64,000 bases of DNA from an uncultured Chroococcidiopsis sp. (GTDB lineage: Bacteria; Cyanobacteriota; Cyanobacteriia; Cyanobacteriales; Chroococcidiopsidaceae): positions 32,001-96,000 of the forward strand of contig CAXTYC010000001.1 in the NCBI GenBank assembly GCA_964248365.1, in the 5' to 3' direction. The first letter of the stretch is position 1; the number at the start of each line of letters is the position of its first letter. The notes under the pieces are model-generated. The model made no database searches, was not told the DNA's origin, and worked only from the letters and a program-made list of their open reading frames with translations. Of the stretch, positions 1-10,319 are shown one piece after another. The translations under genes were made by a program, and so were the position numbers.

Positions 1-605
1 ATACCGTTGAAAGGATTCTCTGAGGCTAAACCTGATTTGACTGCCCAGTTGCAACAGGCATTTATTTGGATTAGAGTGCGACGTGCCACTTCACTGCTGT
101 ATTTGCCAAGTAGCCAGTCTCTAACTCCTACAGCATCCTCAACGTTTTTAGGGAGAGCTTGTAGCCGCTTGGCAATCTTGCCGTAATCCCTTACTAGCGT
201 GCTAGCAGCAACTTGAGAAGACTTATACTGCGTATACTTTTCCCACAGCTCGGCAAAAGCAATTTTTGGGGTAACAATTGGGGTAATTGGGGTAACGGTG
301 CTAAGTACTGACTGGGGCTTGTATTTGGCTAGGGTATGGTCAAACCGCTCATTAGTAATATCAGACTCAATGAGCTTAGCCTTAGCCTCTGCTGCTTTTC
401 GATTTAATTTATTGTCCGATAGCCCAAGCGAGAGATAGTGCCGCTTGCCAGCGTGAGTGAATGCTAGCTGCAACCGACCATTGGATACTTTAATCTGTAC
501 TGAACCCTTAACAGCTTTATGCTGCCTGCTTTCTAATGGAATTAGGTTAAGCTGGATAATCTTTTGGGGTAAGCGCCTATAGTCTAACCTAGCTTTACCC
601 CAATC
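1..605 (-). CDS. Tyrosine recombinase/integrase, N-terminal part (Arm-DNA-binding/DUF3596-type arm plus core-binding region); runs off the left edge
   Basis: Not in the ORF track. Manual minus-strand translation gives KAVKGSVQIKVSNGRLQLAFTHAGKRHYLSLGLSDNKLNRKAAEAKAKLIESDI...LAKYKP...LWEKYTQYK...NACCNWAVKSGL..ENPF, typical of cyanobacterial phage-type integrases. Frame is open from 605; start codon uncertain. Confidence 0.85.
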
Positions 606-698
606 TTACCCCAATAATTGCTCGAAACTACTCTAAAAATACCCCAACTTTTCTGCCTAAAAACGGCGTAGAAAGGCTTACAAGTCTTGAAATTCCGA
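1..698 (-). mobile_element. Edge of an integrative element/genomic island inserted at the tRNA-Met 3' end
   Basis: Integrase begins about 100-150 nt downstream of the tRNA 3' end on the same strand; the second att site would lie outside the window. Confidence 0.65.
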
Positions 699-772
699 TG
701 GCTCAAGGCAGATTTGAACTGCCGACCTTGGGCTTATGAGTCCCCTGCTCTGACCAACTGAGCTACTGAGCC
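699..772 (-). tRNA. tRNA-Met (CAT), elongator type; CCA not encoded
   Basis: Reverse complement GGCTCAGTAGCTCAGTTGGTCAGAGCAGGGGACTCATAAGCCCAAGGTCGGCAGTTCAAATCTGCCTTGAGCCA folds as a cloverleaf with anticodon loop CTCATAA and T-loop TTCAAAT. Confidence 0.93.
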
Positions 773-1012
773 GTGTTTTTGCAGCATTATAATAATAACA
801 TATATTTGGGGCGATCGCGCCCCCTGTCGAAAAATTTTGACAGTAAAGATGAAATATTGCTGATTGCTAGTTTAAAACCAAAGGAAAAATCAAAACTGCT
901 TTATGCTGCTGATAGCAAAAGCTACAAAACAGATGTAGCACTTTAGCAAATTGAGTCATATACTGTTGCTGCTGATGTTCATCCGCAGGCAGAAAGGATT
1001 GGATTAGTACAG

Positions 1013-2089
1013 ATGTTCTACCACTTTCTCCAGTCCATTGGTATTGCTAGCCCCTACAGTTGGGGGTGGTTGTCAGTCATATTTACCTTTGTCTTAGCAT
1101 GGGTAGTAACGTGGCGCTTAATGCCAGCAGTGCGATCGTATGCCTTAAAGGTAGGTTGGGCTGACCAACCCAACGAGCGGCGGCTCAACCGTGAACCCTT
1201 ACCTAACGCGGGAGGCTTGGTAATCTACACGGGAGTGCTAGCCGCTTTGGTACTAGCAACTCTGTTGCGACCGATTGTAATTGAAGCTGTATTGGCTGAG
1301 ATACTGACGATTTTGCTCGGAGGCTCCATTCTGGTTCTTGTGGGTTTTATCGACGACCAATTCGGCTTACCGCCTTGGGTTCGCTTGTTAATCCAGATTC
1401 TGACTGCGCTTTTACTCATTGCTAACGGCATTCGCATCGAAGTTCACCTAATTCCTCCCATCGACCCGATGCTGTCAATGTTTCTGACTTTATTTTGGGT
1501 AGTAGGAATTACCAATGCTATCAACCTGATGGATGGAATAGATGGGTTGGTAGGAGGAGTCAGCTTTATTGCTGCTATGAGCCTGTTAGCGGTTTCGGCT
1601 CAGTTTGCCACACGAGCAGCAGCAACCTTACTCCTAGCAGCGCTGGGAGGTTCTGCACTGGGCTTTTTGCGGCACAACTTCCACCCCTCGCGGATCATTA
1701 TGGGGGATGCCGGAGCTTACTTTTTTGGCTATGTACTTGCCGCCACAGCCATTTTGGGCAATTTGAAAGTCAAAACCTTGTTTGTGTTAGTTCCTACCGT
1801 CCTGTTTTTACTCTTACCAGTGCTGGATACTACACAAGTGTTTGTGCTGCGGCTAATGGCAGGTAAAAACCCTCTGAGTAACCCAGGTAAGGATCACCTA
1901 CACCATCGCTTATTAGCTAGAGGACTATCTCAACGCAGCACAGCAGTGTTACTTTGGGCAATTACCTTGCTTACTAATGGTTTAGCAATGAAACTGCAAG
2001 GTATGAATTTACTGTCAACATTAGTCACGATTGGCAGCATTATCATACTTTTAAGCTTTACCGTCTGGCAAAGAATACGAGCAAACTAG
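1013..2089 (+). CDS. MraY/WecA-family undecaprenyl-phosphate sugar-1-phosphate transferase
   Basis: Multi-TM protein with GFIDD, NAINLMDGIDGL, IIMGDAG and HLHHRL motifs. Confidence 0.9.
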   Translation: MFYHFLQSIGIASPYSWGWLSVIFTFVLAWVVTWRLMPAVRSYALKVGWADQPNERRLNREPLPNAGGLVIYTGVLAALVLATLLRPIVIEAVLAEILTILLGGSILVLVGFIDDQFGLPPWVRLLIQILTALLLIANGIRIEVHLIPPIDPMLSMFLTLFWVVGITNAINLMDGIDGLVGGVSFIAAMSLLAVSAQFATRAAATLLLAALGGSALGFLRHNFHPSRIIMGDAGAYFFGYVLAATAILGNLKVKTLFVLVPTVLFLLLPVLDTTQVFVLRLMAGKNPLSNPGKDHLHHRLLARGLSQRSTAVLLWAITLLTNGLAMKLQGMNLLSTLVTIGSIIILLSFTVWQRIRAN

Positions 2090-2090
2090 G

Positions 2091-2210
2091 GGCTGGGGGT
2101 TAGAAGAGAGCAAAAGGGAGCAAAAGGGAGCAAAAGGGGCTGAGGGGGCAAGAGGCTTTTCTCCCCCTGCTCCCCAGCTTCCTTTTGCTCCCCCATCTCT
2201 CTCCTAGCCA
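2091..2210. repeat. STRR-type short tandem repeat arrays in inverted arrangement between convergent genes
   Basis: (GAGCAAAAGG)n / GGGG-rich block followed by complementary CTCCCC/TTTTGCTC blocks. Confidence 0.7.
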
Positions 2211-4334
2211 CTAGCGTGGTAGATAAGCGATCGGATTGACTGCTTTCTTGCCCATTGGATGCACTTCAAAGTGAAGATGGGGACCGGTGCTGAAACCTGT
2301 GCTACCCATTTCAGAAATTTGCTGCCCTTGCTGAACCGCTTCACCTGTATGTACTAGTAGCCGCTTATTGTGGGCATAACGAGTCAGAGTGCCATCAGGG
2401 TGCTGGATATCTATCATGTTGCCATAGCCACCATTATTCCAACCTGCTTTAACCACAACCCCAGGAGCGGCTGCCATAACCGGAGTACCAATGGGAGCAG
2501 CAATATCAACTCCTTTGTGCATACGTCCCCAGCGCCAACCATAACCGGAAGTTAACTTACCTCTGGCAGGCCAAATCAGACCCTGGGCGGAAATTGAGGT
2601 AGGCTTGGGCAAATAATTATCTACTCCTCCCAATGGCGGCAGTGCAGGAGAAACATTTTGTTCCTGAAAAGACCGCAGTGATGCAGCATCTGTACCTAAA
2701 GGTGCTGTTGCTACTCCATTCTTAATTACTGTTTGAGTAGATCTAACTCGAATGTCTTGCTGCTTTTGCCCATCCAATTGTAAAGACTTAGCCGCTTGAT
2801 TGGCGCTAAATTCAGGATTAATTGGTTGACTTGTTGGTGTTTGCGAACGTATTTTGAGCAGAAGCTTTTCTTCAGTTCTTGCTGCTGTTATAGGCGTAGT
2901 ATTAGTTCCATCCCTACTTGGCAAGGCTTGAGTAATGAGTACGCCTTGATGGTACTTCTGCCGTAATTTCTGGATATCAGTTTCCAAGTTTTGGACAGGC
3001 TGATTAGATAGCAGTGCTTGTGCTGCTGCTGACTGCGCTTGTTGAATTTGTTCAACATTCGCAGGTGGAGTTGCTTCGACTGAGTCGTCATCTGAAATAT
3101 CGCCGCCCATTGCCCGATAGGATACATTTACAGATGGAGCGACAGCTATAGATTCTTGCTGTTTGGGATTTTTAAGCCAACCTATATTTTGACCGACAGT
3201 GTTGCCCGTCGAGGCAGGAATTGTAATTTGTTGTCTATTTGGATTGTCTAAATGATTGGCTTTGAGCGATGCGGCGAGTGGTAGCCCGTGCAATAGAGCG
3301 GCTTTTAATGCTCCCCTTCGATATTCCGACACCACAGGGGAAACTACCACATTTGCCCCGTTGTTAGCAGGTGTTATTGCTGGTATGACAAATACAGTTG
3401 CTGGCTGTGGTGATTGCTGTGAATTAATTTGTTCACTTGTTTCTGGAGTTCCCCCAGGTAGTAAACCCAAACTAGCTACTGTTTTTGACTGTGTTTCCTC
3501 CTTTTGATGGTTAGAAATAGGTTCCGTCTTCTCTATGACGGCTACAGATGATTTCGACTCCTCAAACCTCCACTTTGCCAGACTATCTTGTAAGCGATTC
3601 TCTTTTTGCTTTAAACGGCTGATCAGCAACTTTTGCTTCGCACTCCAAGTACTCTTATCTTCCCTAATAGCTGGTAATGATTTCTCGGTTCCTATCTGGG
3701 AGGATGCTACGACTGCGGATGATGCAATATATCGGCGATTAACTGCCTCAAACCGTGAGTTAGTAGCAACAGTCTGACTATGCTTTAGCTGACGAATTAG
3801 TCTATTGACTCGCAGAACTTGTAGCAACTTTTTATTTTGCGGCTCAGTTTGGCGAGGTAGGTTTTGCTCTAAGACAGCAACAGTGCTGGACAAAGATTTC
3901 TGTGGCTGAGGAAGAGTTAACTTAGAGCGGGTAGCTACTCGAAGGAGTTGAGCTTGTTGATTAGGCTTTTGCCTTGTTTGCTCTGTGTGTTCAATTGCAG
4001 GCAGTGCTGTTTCCACTGTTTCTTGCTGTTGAGTCGGTGGAGTGGGGGTTAAATTAGTAGAGAAGGCAGCTACACTAACTTGCTTGTCCGTTTTTGGTTC
4101 CACTAGGTTTATATTACTACCTGCAAGTCCCGCTTCAGTTTTAGCTGAAACGTTGCCTATTGGTTCTTGAACTGGCGGTTGATTTGCCGGAGCGCTATCA
4201 CCAAGTCTGGTCAGTATCAGATGGGACGCTCCTGTCGAGATAATCAAGCCAATCATCGCGGCTGTCCGAGCTTGCCGCTTGACTTTACAGGCGGGATTTG
4301 CCTTAACCTTTTTCGCCCATTTTCGTTTCAACAA
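2211..4334 (-). CDS. M23-family peptidoglycan DD-endopeptidase with long low-complexity N-terminal region
   Basis: C-terminal HKGVD...YAH...STGPHLHFE motifs; N-terminal hydrophobic segment. Confidence 0.88.
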   Translation of the reverse strand: MLKRKWAKKVKANPACKVKRQARTAAMIGLIISTGASHLILTRLGDSAPANQPPVQEPIGNVSAKTEAGLAGSNINLVEPKTDKQVSVAAFSTNLTPTPPTQQQETVETALPAIEHTEQTRQKPNQQAQLLRVATRSKLTLPQPQKSLSSTVAVLEQNLPRQTEPQNKKLLQVLRVNRLIRQLKHSQTVATNSRFEAVNRRYIASSAVVASSQIGTEKSLPAIREDKSTWSAKQKLLISRLKQKENRLQDSLAKWRFEESKSSVAVIEKTEPISNHQKEETQSKTVASLGLLPGGTPETSEQINSQQSPQPATVFVIPAITPANNGANVVVSPVVSEYRRGALKAALLHGLPLAASLKANHLDNPNRQQITIPASTGNTVGQNIGWLKNPKQQESIAVAPSVNVSYRAMGGDISDDDSVEATPPANVEQIQQAQSAAAQALLSNQPVQNLETDIQKLRQKYHQGVLITQALPSRDGTNTTPITAARTEEKLLLKIRSQTPTSQPINPEFSANQAAKSLQLDGQKQQDIRVRSTQTVIKNGVATAPLGTDAASLRSFQEQNVSPALPPLGGVDNYLPKPTSISAQGLIWPARGKLTSGYGWRWGRMHKGVDIAAPIGTPVMAAAPGVVVKAGWNNGGYGNMIDIQHPDGTLTRYAHNKRLLVHTGEAVQQGQQISEMGSTGFSTGPHLHFEVHPMGKKAVNPIAYLPR

Positions 4335-5028
4335 TGACCTCCTATAGGGATTAGCACTTAACTGGCATTAAATCAATCGCTTTATTATTGCTGATCGAGT
4401 GTATTACCAGTTGATAATTTAAAGCACATTAAAACTGAATTAGCATCATACCTGGTATTGATGCTGAGGCAAGCTTACTAGGCATTGTTGATTTAGACAA
4501 GCTTACAAGCAATTAGTAAAAAAAATTAACGTTGGAGACAAAAGGCAAATACTACATGATTGTAGTTAGTGGAATCAGTAATGCATCAAAAGCTTGGTTT
4601 TTGGTGCGTTGCGGCATCCATGAGCTTACTACACATTTGTAAAAGGAATGACGATTAGCTTAGTACCCAGCTAGAGACAAAGGTACAAGGGTAGGGAAGG
4701 TTCGCTACTCCCCTCGGTGCAAGATGTGAACCTACTCGCTGCTATACGCACTTGAATAGGATCTCGATCGCCCCTAACCCCCCTTAAAAAGGGGGGAACA
4801 CAGTAGCCCCTTTTTTAACTCTCTTGGGGACTGGCTGCCTTGATCCTGTTAAGTTTGCCTCTTGTTCCTAAGCAGCAGCCTTTGGAACGAGGGTTAAATC
4901 ATTAGTGGTATCTATCAAGGAAAAAGTGAAAGATAAAAGGGGTGAGGGGCGAGGAAAAAAATTATCAATTATCAATTGTTCATTATTTATTGATAATTGT
5001 TTCCCCTTTCCCCTTTCCCCTTTCCCCT

Positions 5029-5517
5029 TTACCCTTCTGGCTGTCTATGGCAGTGTGAATCTAAATAACCTAGCTGGCGACGGGCTTCAAATAAACTTAC
5101 TGCTACACTAACTGAAAGATTCAAGCTACGCACACCTGGTTGCGTCATAGGAATGTAAAGGCTGGCTGTACAAGCTGAGATTACTGCGGGAGGTAAGCCA
5201 ACCGTTTCGCTACCAAATAATAGCCAATCATCAGCTTGAAATTGGTATTGGATGTAGTTATATTCTCCCTTGACGCTGAAGCCAAGCCATCTGCCCCCAC
5301 GTTGTTGATGGTAAGTTTTGAAAATATCTAACGATTCATGATAGTGCAAGTTAACATAGCGCCAATAGTCTAACCCTGCTCGTTTCAGGTAGCGATCGCT
5401 AATTTCAAATCCCAATGGTCCGACTAGATGCAGCCCAGTACCTGTTGCAGCACAGGTACGGGCAATATTACCTGTATTTGGGGGAATTTGCGGTTCAATT
5501 AATACGATCTGAGGCAT
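5029..5517 (-). CDS. trmL: tRNA (cytidine/uridine-34 2'-O)-methyltransferase, SPOUT family
   Basis: EPQIPPNTGNIARTC, LKRAGLDYW, FGSET, RSLNLS motifs. Confidence 0.93.
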   Translation of the reverse strand: MPQIVLIEPQIPPNTGNIARTCAATGTGLHLVGPLGFEISDRYLKRAGLDYWRYVNLHYHESLDIFKTYHQQRGGRWLGFSVKGEYNYIQYQFQADDWLLFGSETVGLPPAVISACTASLYIPMTQPGVRSLNLSVSVAVSLFEARRQLGYLDSHCHRQPEG

Positions 5518-5529
5518 TATCTAGTTAGT

Positions 5530-5622
5530 AGTGAGTAGGTGGCGGTTGGTAATTGGTAATTGGTGGTTGGTAGTTGGTGGTTGGTAGTTGGTAACGCCCA
5601 TTACCCATTACCCATTACCCAT
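5530..5622. repeat. STRR heptamer arrays (TGGTAAT/TGGTAGT and CCATTAC)
   Basis: Tandem 7-mers in inverted arrangement. Confidence 0.8.
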
Positions 5623-5662
5623 TTTCTCGCTACTAGCCCAACAAAATAGTCACTACCTAATT

Positions 5663-6814
5663 TTAAGCAACCAAGGATGGACAAATTTTTTCTTCCAGTT
5701 CTAATTCTCGTTCTTGCATGGCATGGGTAGCTTGGGTGATAATCTGCCTAGCCTCAATACCACAAGAGTGTAAGCCTAACCACTGCTGGGAAGTATTGCC
5801 GTCTCGGAGAATTTTTTGCACTGGGGAGAGGAAACAGTTAAAGCCCCGTTGTTTTGCGATCGCCCAGACTTCCTGATAAACGTACTCAATCCAATCTCTT
5901 GCTAAAATCTTTCTACCGTCTTGCCAATGGGTTAATTCGGCATCTAGACTCTGACGAGCGGCTGCTGTTTCATTTGCGGCGGTAATTGCAATCAAGTCTT
6001 GGGCGCGGGTTGTGGCTGGTAATGTGCTTAATTGCAGTGGATCGAGTTTTGGATCTTCAAGTAGTTGTAAAATCCGAGCTTCTAATAAGGCGGTGATTGC
6101 TAAAAGAGAAATTGGATCAGTTACAAGATCGCAAATTCTTAATTCTAACCGATTTAAATCATAAGGGCGGCGATCGCCATTTGGTCTCACAGACACCCAC
6201 AAATGACGGACATTTTGCATTGTCCCAGCTGCCAGTTGCTCTTCTACCCACCGAATATGATGGGCGTGGCTTTCAAACAGGGGAACATGAGCCGGAGTTT
6301 GAGGGAAAACTCCCCAGCGGGTAGAGTGATACCCTGTTACTTTGCCATCCAAAAATGGAGACGAAGCACTAAGAGCAAGGTACAGCGGTGCTTCCACACG
6401 GATGAGACGACACGCTTGCATTAATAATTCTGGATCACTTATGCCAACGTTGATATGAACGCTAGCAGTGACGACTTTAGTACCGTAAGTCTTTTCAATA
6501 TAATCGTGATAGGGATTTTTGGGGTCAGAGCGGTAAAAGCGATCGCTTCTACCCAAAGACAAGGTGCTACCTGGAATTAGGGTATAATCGCCCAACTGCT
6601 TTAAGAATTTTCGTAACCGCAGCCGAGGACGTACTAACTCGCACAACTGCTTTTCATATTGCTGGGAGGGCGATGTCACATATTCTACATTGCGACTATC
6701 TGGCTCCCACACAAATCCATCTAGAGATGCAACAATTTGGTCGGAAAGCCCAACAATATCGCCCGATGGCGTTCCGGTGTACATCTCAATCTCGAAGCCT
6801 TTTGATAGCAGCAC
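5663..6814 (-). CDS. gshA: Glutamate--cysteine ligase, cyanobacterial type
   Basis: LSKGFEIEMYTG, EPDSRNVEY, TASVHINVG, LSASSPF, WVSVRPNG, NRLELRICD motifs. Confidence 0.92.
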   Translation of the reverse strand: MLLSKGFEIEMYTGTPSGDIVGLSDQIVASLDGFVWEPDSRNVEYVTSPSQQYEKQLCELVRPRLRLRKFLKQLGDYTLIPGSTLSLGRSDRFYRSDPKNPYHDYIEKTYGTKVVTASVHINVGISDPELLMQACRLIRVEAPLYLALSASSPFLDGKVTGYHSTRWGVFPQTPAHVPLFESHAHHIRWVEEQLAAGTMQNVRHLWVSVRPNGDRRPYDLNRLELRICDLVTDPISLLAITALLEARILQLLEDPKLDPLQLSTLPATTRAQDLIAITAANETAAARQSLDAELTHWQDGRKILARDWIEYVYQEVWAIAKQRGFNCFLSPVQKILRDGNTSQQWLGLHSCGIEARQIITQATHAMQERELELEEKICPSLVA

Positions 6815-6991
6815 GATTTTTTCTCCTCGGCTTTTGTTGAGTGATTAATGGTTACGCCTTCAAGTGTATCGAAACACACTGAATCTTTTATCTATCTTAA
6901 AGCGCACCAAGCAGAACTCAAATCTTGCACTACGCTATGACCCGCCTTAATGATTTTGGGAACCATAGATTTTAGAATTATCTTTAGAACA

Positions 6992-7044
6992 GTCTGCCAC
7001 CCATGCCCACCAAATATGATAATGGTGGGCATTGCCCACCCTAC
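6992..7044. repeat. REPIN-like doublet, family A (GTAG-GGTGGGC-ATT-GCCCACC / GTATGCCACCCATGCCCACC)
   Basis: Doublets also at 12351-12403 and 27057-27108; single units at 10387, 15976, 23282, 23894. Confidence 0.8.
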
Positions 7045-7272
7045 AAATTTCTGAAATAATTCGTAATTGTGTTGTTTGTCTCCTTGTCGGGTTGTCCTTT
7101 AGATGTCCTCTAGCAAAGGATTGGTTGTCTATCTTTATATAAGTTAATAATTTTTCATTTATTATTGTAATTTTCATACATTAATACTATTGAATACTGT
7201 TGCTGCCGAGTAGCATGGGGTAGCCTTAGACTTAAGTCTAAGGCTAATAGCAAACTAAAAAAAGCAATCTGC

Positions 7273-9864
7273 GTGATTTATATGCAATGGTTGGTTAATA
7301 AAAAAATTTCTCTAGGGTTTGCAGCAGCTTTAACAAGTTTGGCATTTACTGGAGTGGTTATAGGGCGAATTCCCTTTCAGCAGAGGGAGGCGAACCGCTG
7401 GGTAGAACACACTCATCAGGTATTGGCAGAACTCGAAACGACACTTTCTACGATCAAAGATGCGGAAACTGGGCAGCGCGGCTACCTACTCGTAGGTGAC
7501 GAACGTTATTTAGAACCTTATAAAACAGCTATTTCTCAGATTGATGGGCAAATCGAAAATCTCAAAAAACTGACGGCGGATAACCCCAACCAACAGCGCC
7601 AGATGGCAACTCTTGAGCGTGAGATTAATGCAAAATTGAGAGAACTTAAGGAAACTATCAACTTACGGCAAACAAAAGGTTTTGAGGCGGCTTGGCAGGT
7701 TGTCGTCTCTGATCAAGGCAAGCAGCAAATGGATAATATCCGTCGCCACATTGCCCAGATGAAGCAGGAGGAGAATCAGTTATTAGAACAGCGGACTAGG
7801 GAGGCTGAAGCTAGGGCGGCTGCAACGATACAGATATTTTTTATTTTAATGCTGCTGATTTTGGCGCTGACGTGTATAATATATTATCTGGTTAATAGTG
7901 ATATTACTAAACGCCACCTCGCTGAGGCAGCATTGCGAGAAAGTGAACAGCGGTTCTCCCGCGCTGTCTTGAATGCTCCTTTTCCAATGATGATTCATGC
8001 AGAAGATGGCGAAGTTGTACAAATCAACTCTGCATGGAAGGAAATGACAGGTTATTACCATGCCGATATTCCTACAATCGCTGATTGGACTCAAAAAGCC
8101 TATGGGCAAAAAAAGGAATTAGTCAAGGCACATATAGATAACTTGTACAGCCTGGATGGAAGTCTCAACGAAGGCGAGTACATTATCACCACCAACAAAG
8201 GTGAGAAAAGAACTTGGGATTTTAGTTCGGCTGCTTTGGGCAAGCTACCGGATGGCAGACGGTTAGTGCTGAGTATGGCAGCGGATGTCACTAAGCGCAA
8301 GCAGGCACAAGCAGCTCTACAAGATAGTGAAGAGCTATTTCGTCAGGTGGTGGAGAATATACATGAGATTTTCTGGATGACCCCTCCAAACCAGGAGGGT
8401 ATAATTTACGTTAGTCCTGCCTATGAAAAGATTTGGGGCAGAACTTGCGCTTCGTTGTACGAAGAACCGCAATCTTTTTTAGAGGCGATTCACCCAGAAG
8501 ATCGCCAGCGCGTAATCACAGGCTTTCCACAGCAAAAGCAAGGAGGGTACAAGATAGAGTATCGAATTTTGCAGCCTGATGGATCAGAACGTTGGATTAG
8601 CGATCGCGCTTTTCCGGTGCAAAATGAAAATGGAGAAATTTACCGCATCGTCGGTATTGCCGAAGATATCACCTCGCGCAAGCAGTTAGAAAATAAATTG
8701 CGGCAACAAGCCGAAGAATTAGTAACAGCAAACCGCATGAAAGATGAGTTCCTGGCGATCGTTTCCCACGAACTGCGTACACCCTTAAATGCCATGCTGG
8801 GATGGTCTGATCTAATTCGCAAAAAGAAGATGGACGAGGCTAGTGTACAACGGGCAATAGAGACAATTAACCGTAACGCTAAGGCACAGGCACAATTAAT
8901 TGATGATTTGTTGGATGTTTCGCGCATGATCCGAGGCAAGCTGAGCTTAGATGTTTGCCCTGTGGATTTAGTATCAGTGATTTCAGATGCGCTCAATACA
9001 GTGCGTCCAGCAACTGAAGTAAAAAATATTTCCCTTGAGTTTTTAGTTGATTCTGATTTGGAAGTCAGGAGTCAGGAGTCAGGTAGGGGCGGGTTTAACC
9101 AGGATATTAGTGGGACGACAAGCAGGCTAACAAACCCGCCCGTACTCAGGAGTCAGGAGTCAGGTAGGGGCGGGTTTAACCAGGATATTAGTGGGACGAC
9201 AAGCAGGCTAACAAACCCGTCCGTACAGGGAGAATTACAAACTGGCAATTCTTCTCCAGCCTCCCTTGGCTCCCCTGTTTCCATCATGGGCGATCGCAAC
9301 CGTTTACAGCAAATTGTTTGGAATCTGCTTTCTAATGCGGTCAAGTTTACACCCAAGCGGGGACGAGTTGAAGTGCGGCTATCGGTAGTAACAGGTAATA
9401 GTCAACTAATGGGTAATAAAGAACAGCCAAGCCAATCACCAATTACCAATTACCAATCACCAACTACCAATTACCAACTACCAATTACTTTTTACGCCCA
9501 AATCCAGGTAAGCGATACTGGCTGTGGAATAAGTGCAGAATTTTTGCCATATGTATTTGATCGCTTTCGTCAAGCTGATAGTTCGATCACGCGATCGCAC
9601 GGTGGACTAGGATTGGGACTTGCGATCGTGCGTCATCTGGTAGAACTGCATGGAGGAACCGTCTATGTAGACAGCCAGGGCGAAGGAAAGGGGACGACGT
9701 TTACTGTAAAACTTCCACTGTTGAAGATGAGCAGGGGAGATGGGGGAGATGGGGAAGCTGAGGGACAAGGGGACAAGGGGACAAAAAGACAAGGGGAAGA
9801 ATCAACAGTCGTCTTCTCCTTGTCCCCCCATCTCCTTGTCTCCCCCTCCTCTTCTAGCCCCTAG
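7273..9864 (+). CDS. Sensor histidine kinase (TM-CHASE3-TM, 2 PAS, HisKA, HATPase) with in-frame repeat insertions; uncoupled from its receiver domain
   Basis: [11 protein letters not shown] (CHASE3), SHELRTPL H-box, [26 protein letters not shown]. Confidence 0.9.
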   Translation: MIYMQWLVNKKISLGFAAALTSLAFTGVVIGRIPFQQREANRWVEHTHQVLAELETTLSTIKDAETGQRGYLLVGDERYLEPYKTAISQIDGQIENLKKLTADNPNQQRQMATLEREINAKLRELKETINLRQTKGFEAAWQVVVSDQGKQQMDNIRRHIAQMKQEENQLLEQRTREAEARAAATIQIFFILMLLILALTCIIYYLVNSDITKRHLAEAALRESEQRFSRAVLNAPFPMMIHAEDGEVVQINSAWKEMTGYYHADIPTIADWTQKAYGQKKELVKAHIDNLYSLDGSLNEGEYIITTNKGEKRTWDFSSAALGKLPDGRRLVLSMAADVTKRKQAQAALQDSEELFRQVVENIHEIFWMTPPNQEGIIYVSPAYEKIWGRTCASLYEEPQSFLEAIHPEDRQRVITGFPQQKQGGYKIEYRILQPDGSERWISDRAFPVQNENGEIYRIVGIAEDITSRKQLENKLRQQAEELVTANRMKDEFLAIVSHELRTPLNAMLGWSDLIRKKKMDEASVQRAIETINRNAKAQAQLIDDLLDVSRMIRGKLSLDVCPVDLVSVISDALNTVRPATEVKNISLEFLVDSDLEVRSQESGRGGFNQDISGTTSRLTNPPVLRSQESGRGGFNQDISGTTSRLTNPSVQGELQTGNSSPASLGSPVSIMGDRNRLQQIVWNLLSNAVKFTPKRGRVEVRLSVVTGNSQLMGNKEQPSQSPITNYQSPTTNYQLPITFYAQIQVSDTGCGISAEFLPYVFDRFRQADSSITRSHGGLGLGLAIVRHLVELHGGTVYVDSQGEGKGTTFTVKLPLLKMSRGDGGDGEAEGQGDKGTKRQGEESTVVFSLSPHLLVSPSSSSP
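9065..9226 (+). repeat. 81-bp tandem duplication of an STRR+REP (family C) unit, in frame inside the kinase
   Basis: TCAGGAGTCAGGAGTCAG-GTAGGGGCGGGTTT...AAACCCGCCCGTAC present twice, encoding [24 protein letters not shown] twice. Confidence 0.9.
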
Positions 9865-9885
9865 CCCCCAACCCCAAGCCCCTCA

Positions 9886-10259
9886 CTTGCAAGGCTTGCG
9901 GGTACTAGTTGTAGATGATCAAGCTGACACCCGCGAGTTACTGGCTGTAGTGTTAGAAGAGTATGGAGTGATAGTACAAACTGTTGCCTCAAGCGCCTCG
10001 GCGCTTGAGGCGCTCAAAAATTTTAAGTTTGATCTACTGCTAAGTGATATTGGTATGCCCGATGAAGACGGCTACACTTTAATTCGCAATGTGAGAGCGC
10101 TGGAGGCACAAACAGGAGAAAAAATTCCCTCTGTAGCCCTGAGGTGCTTATGCTGGGGAGGAGCATCGCAGACAAGCTTTGTTAGCAGGCTTTCAACAAC
10201 ACCTACCCAAGCCAATTGATCGGGCTGCGTTGGTGGCAGTGGTGGAAAGTCTGAGTTAA
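9886..10259 (+). pseudogene. Receiver (REC) domain of the hybrid kinase, out of frame with the kinase and with a further +1 frameshift near 10142
   Basis: LQGLRVLVVDDQADTRELL...LLSDIGMPDEDGY; removing one G at ~10142 restores ALSAYAGEEHRRQALLAGFQQHLPKPID...LS*. Confidence 0.82.
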
Positions 10260-10289
10260 CGTGGGCTAAAGATTGGAAAAGATTTGGAT

Positions 10290-10319
10290 GCGATCGCATT
10301 GCGTTGCCGCAGGCATCGC
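10290..10319 (-). repeat. HIP1-associated small dispersed repeat (SDR-like)
   Basis: Reverse complement GCGATGCCTGCGGCAACGCAATGCGATCGC; related GCCTGCGGCAACGC core at ~43181. Confidence 0.55.

Noticed and set aside
699..772. Initiator tRNA-fMet
   Set aside because: It has a paired G1-C72 rather than the unpaired C1-A72 of initiator tRNAs; Ile2 is considered less likely but needs tRNAscan-SE
4905..5111. Small ORFs over repeat DNA (also 16763-17078, 35272-35553, 37155-37367, 42965-43264, 55444-55635)
   Set aside because: Made of STRR/REP sequence or lacking any protein-like motif
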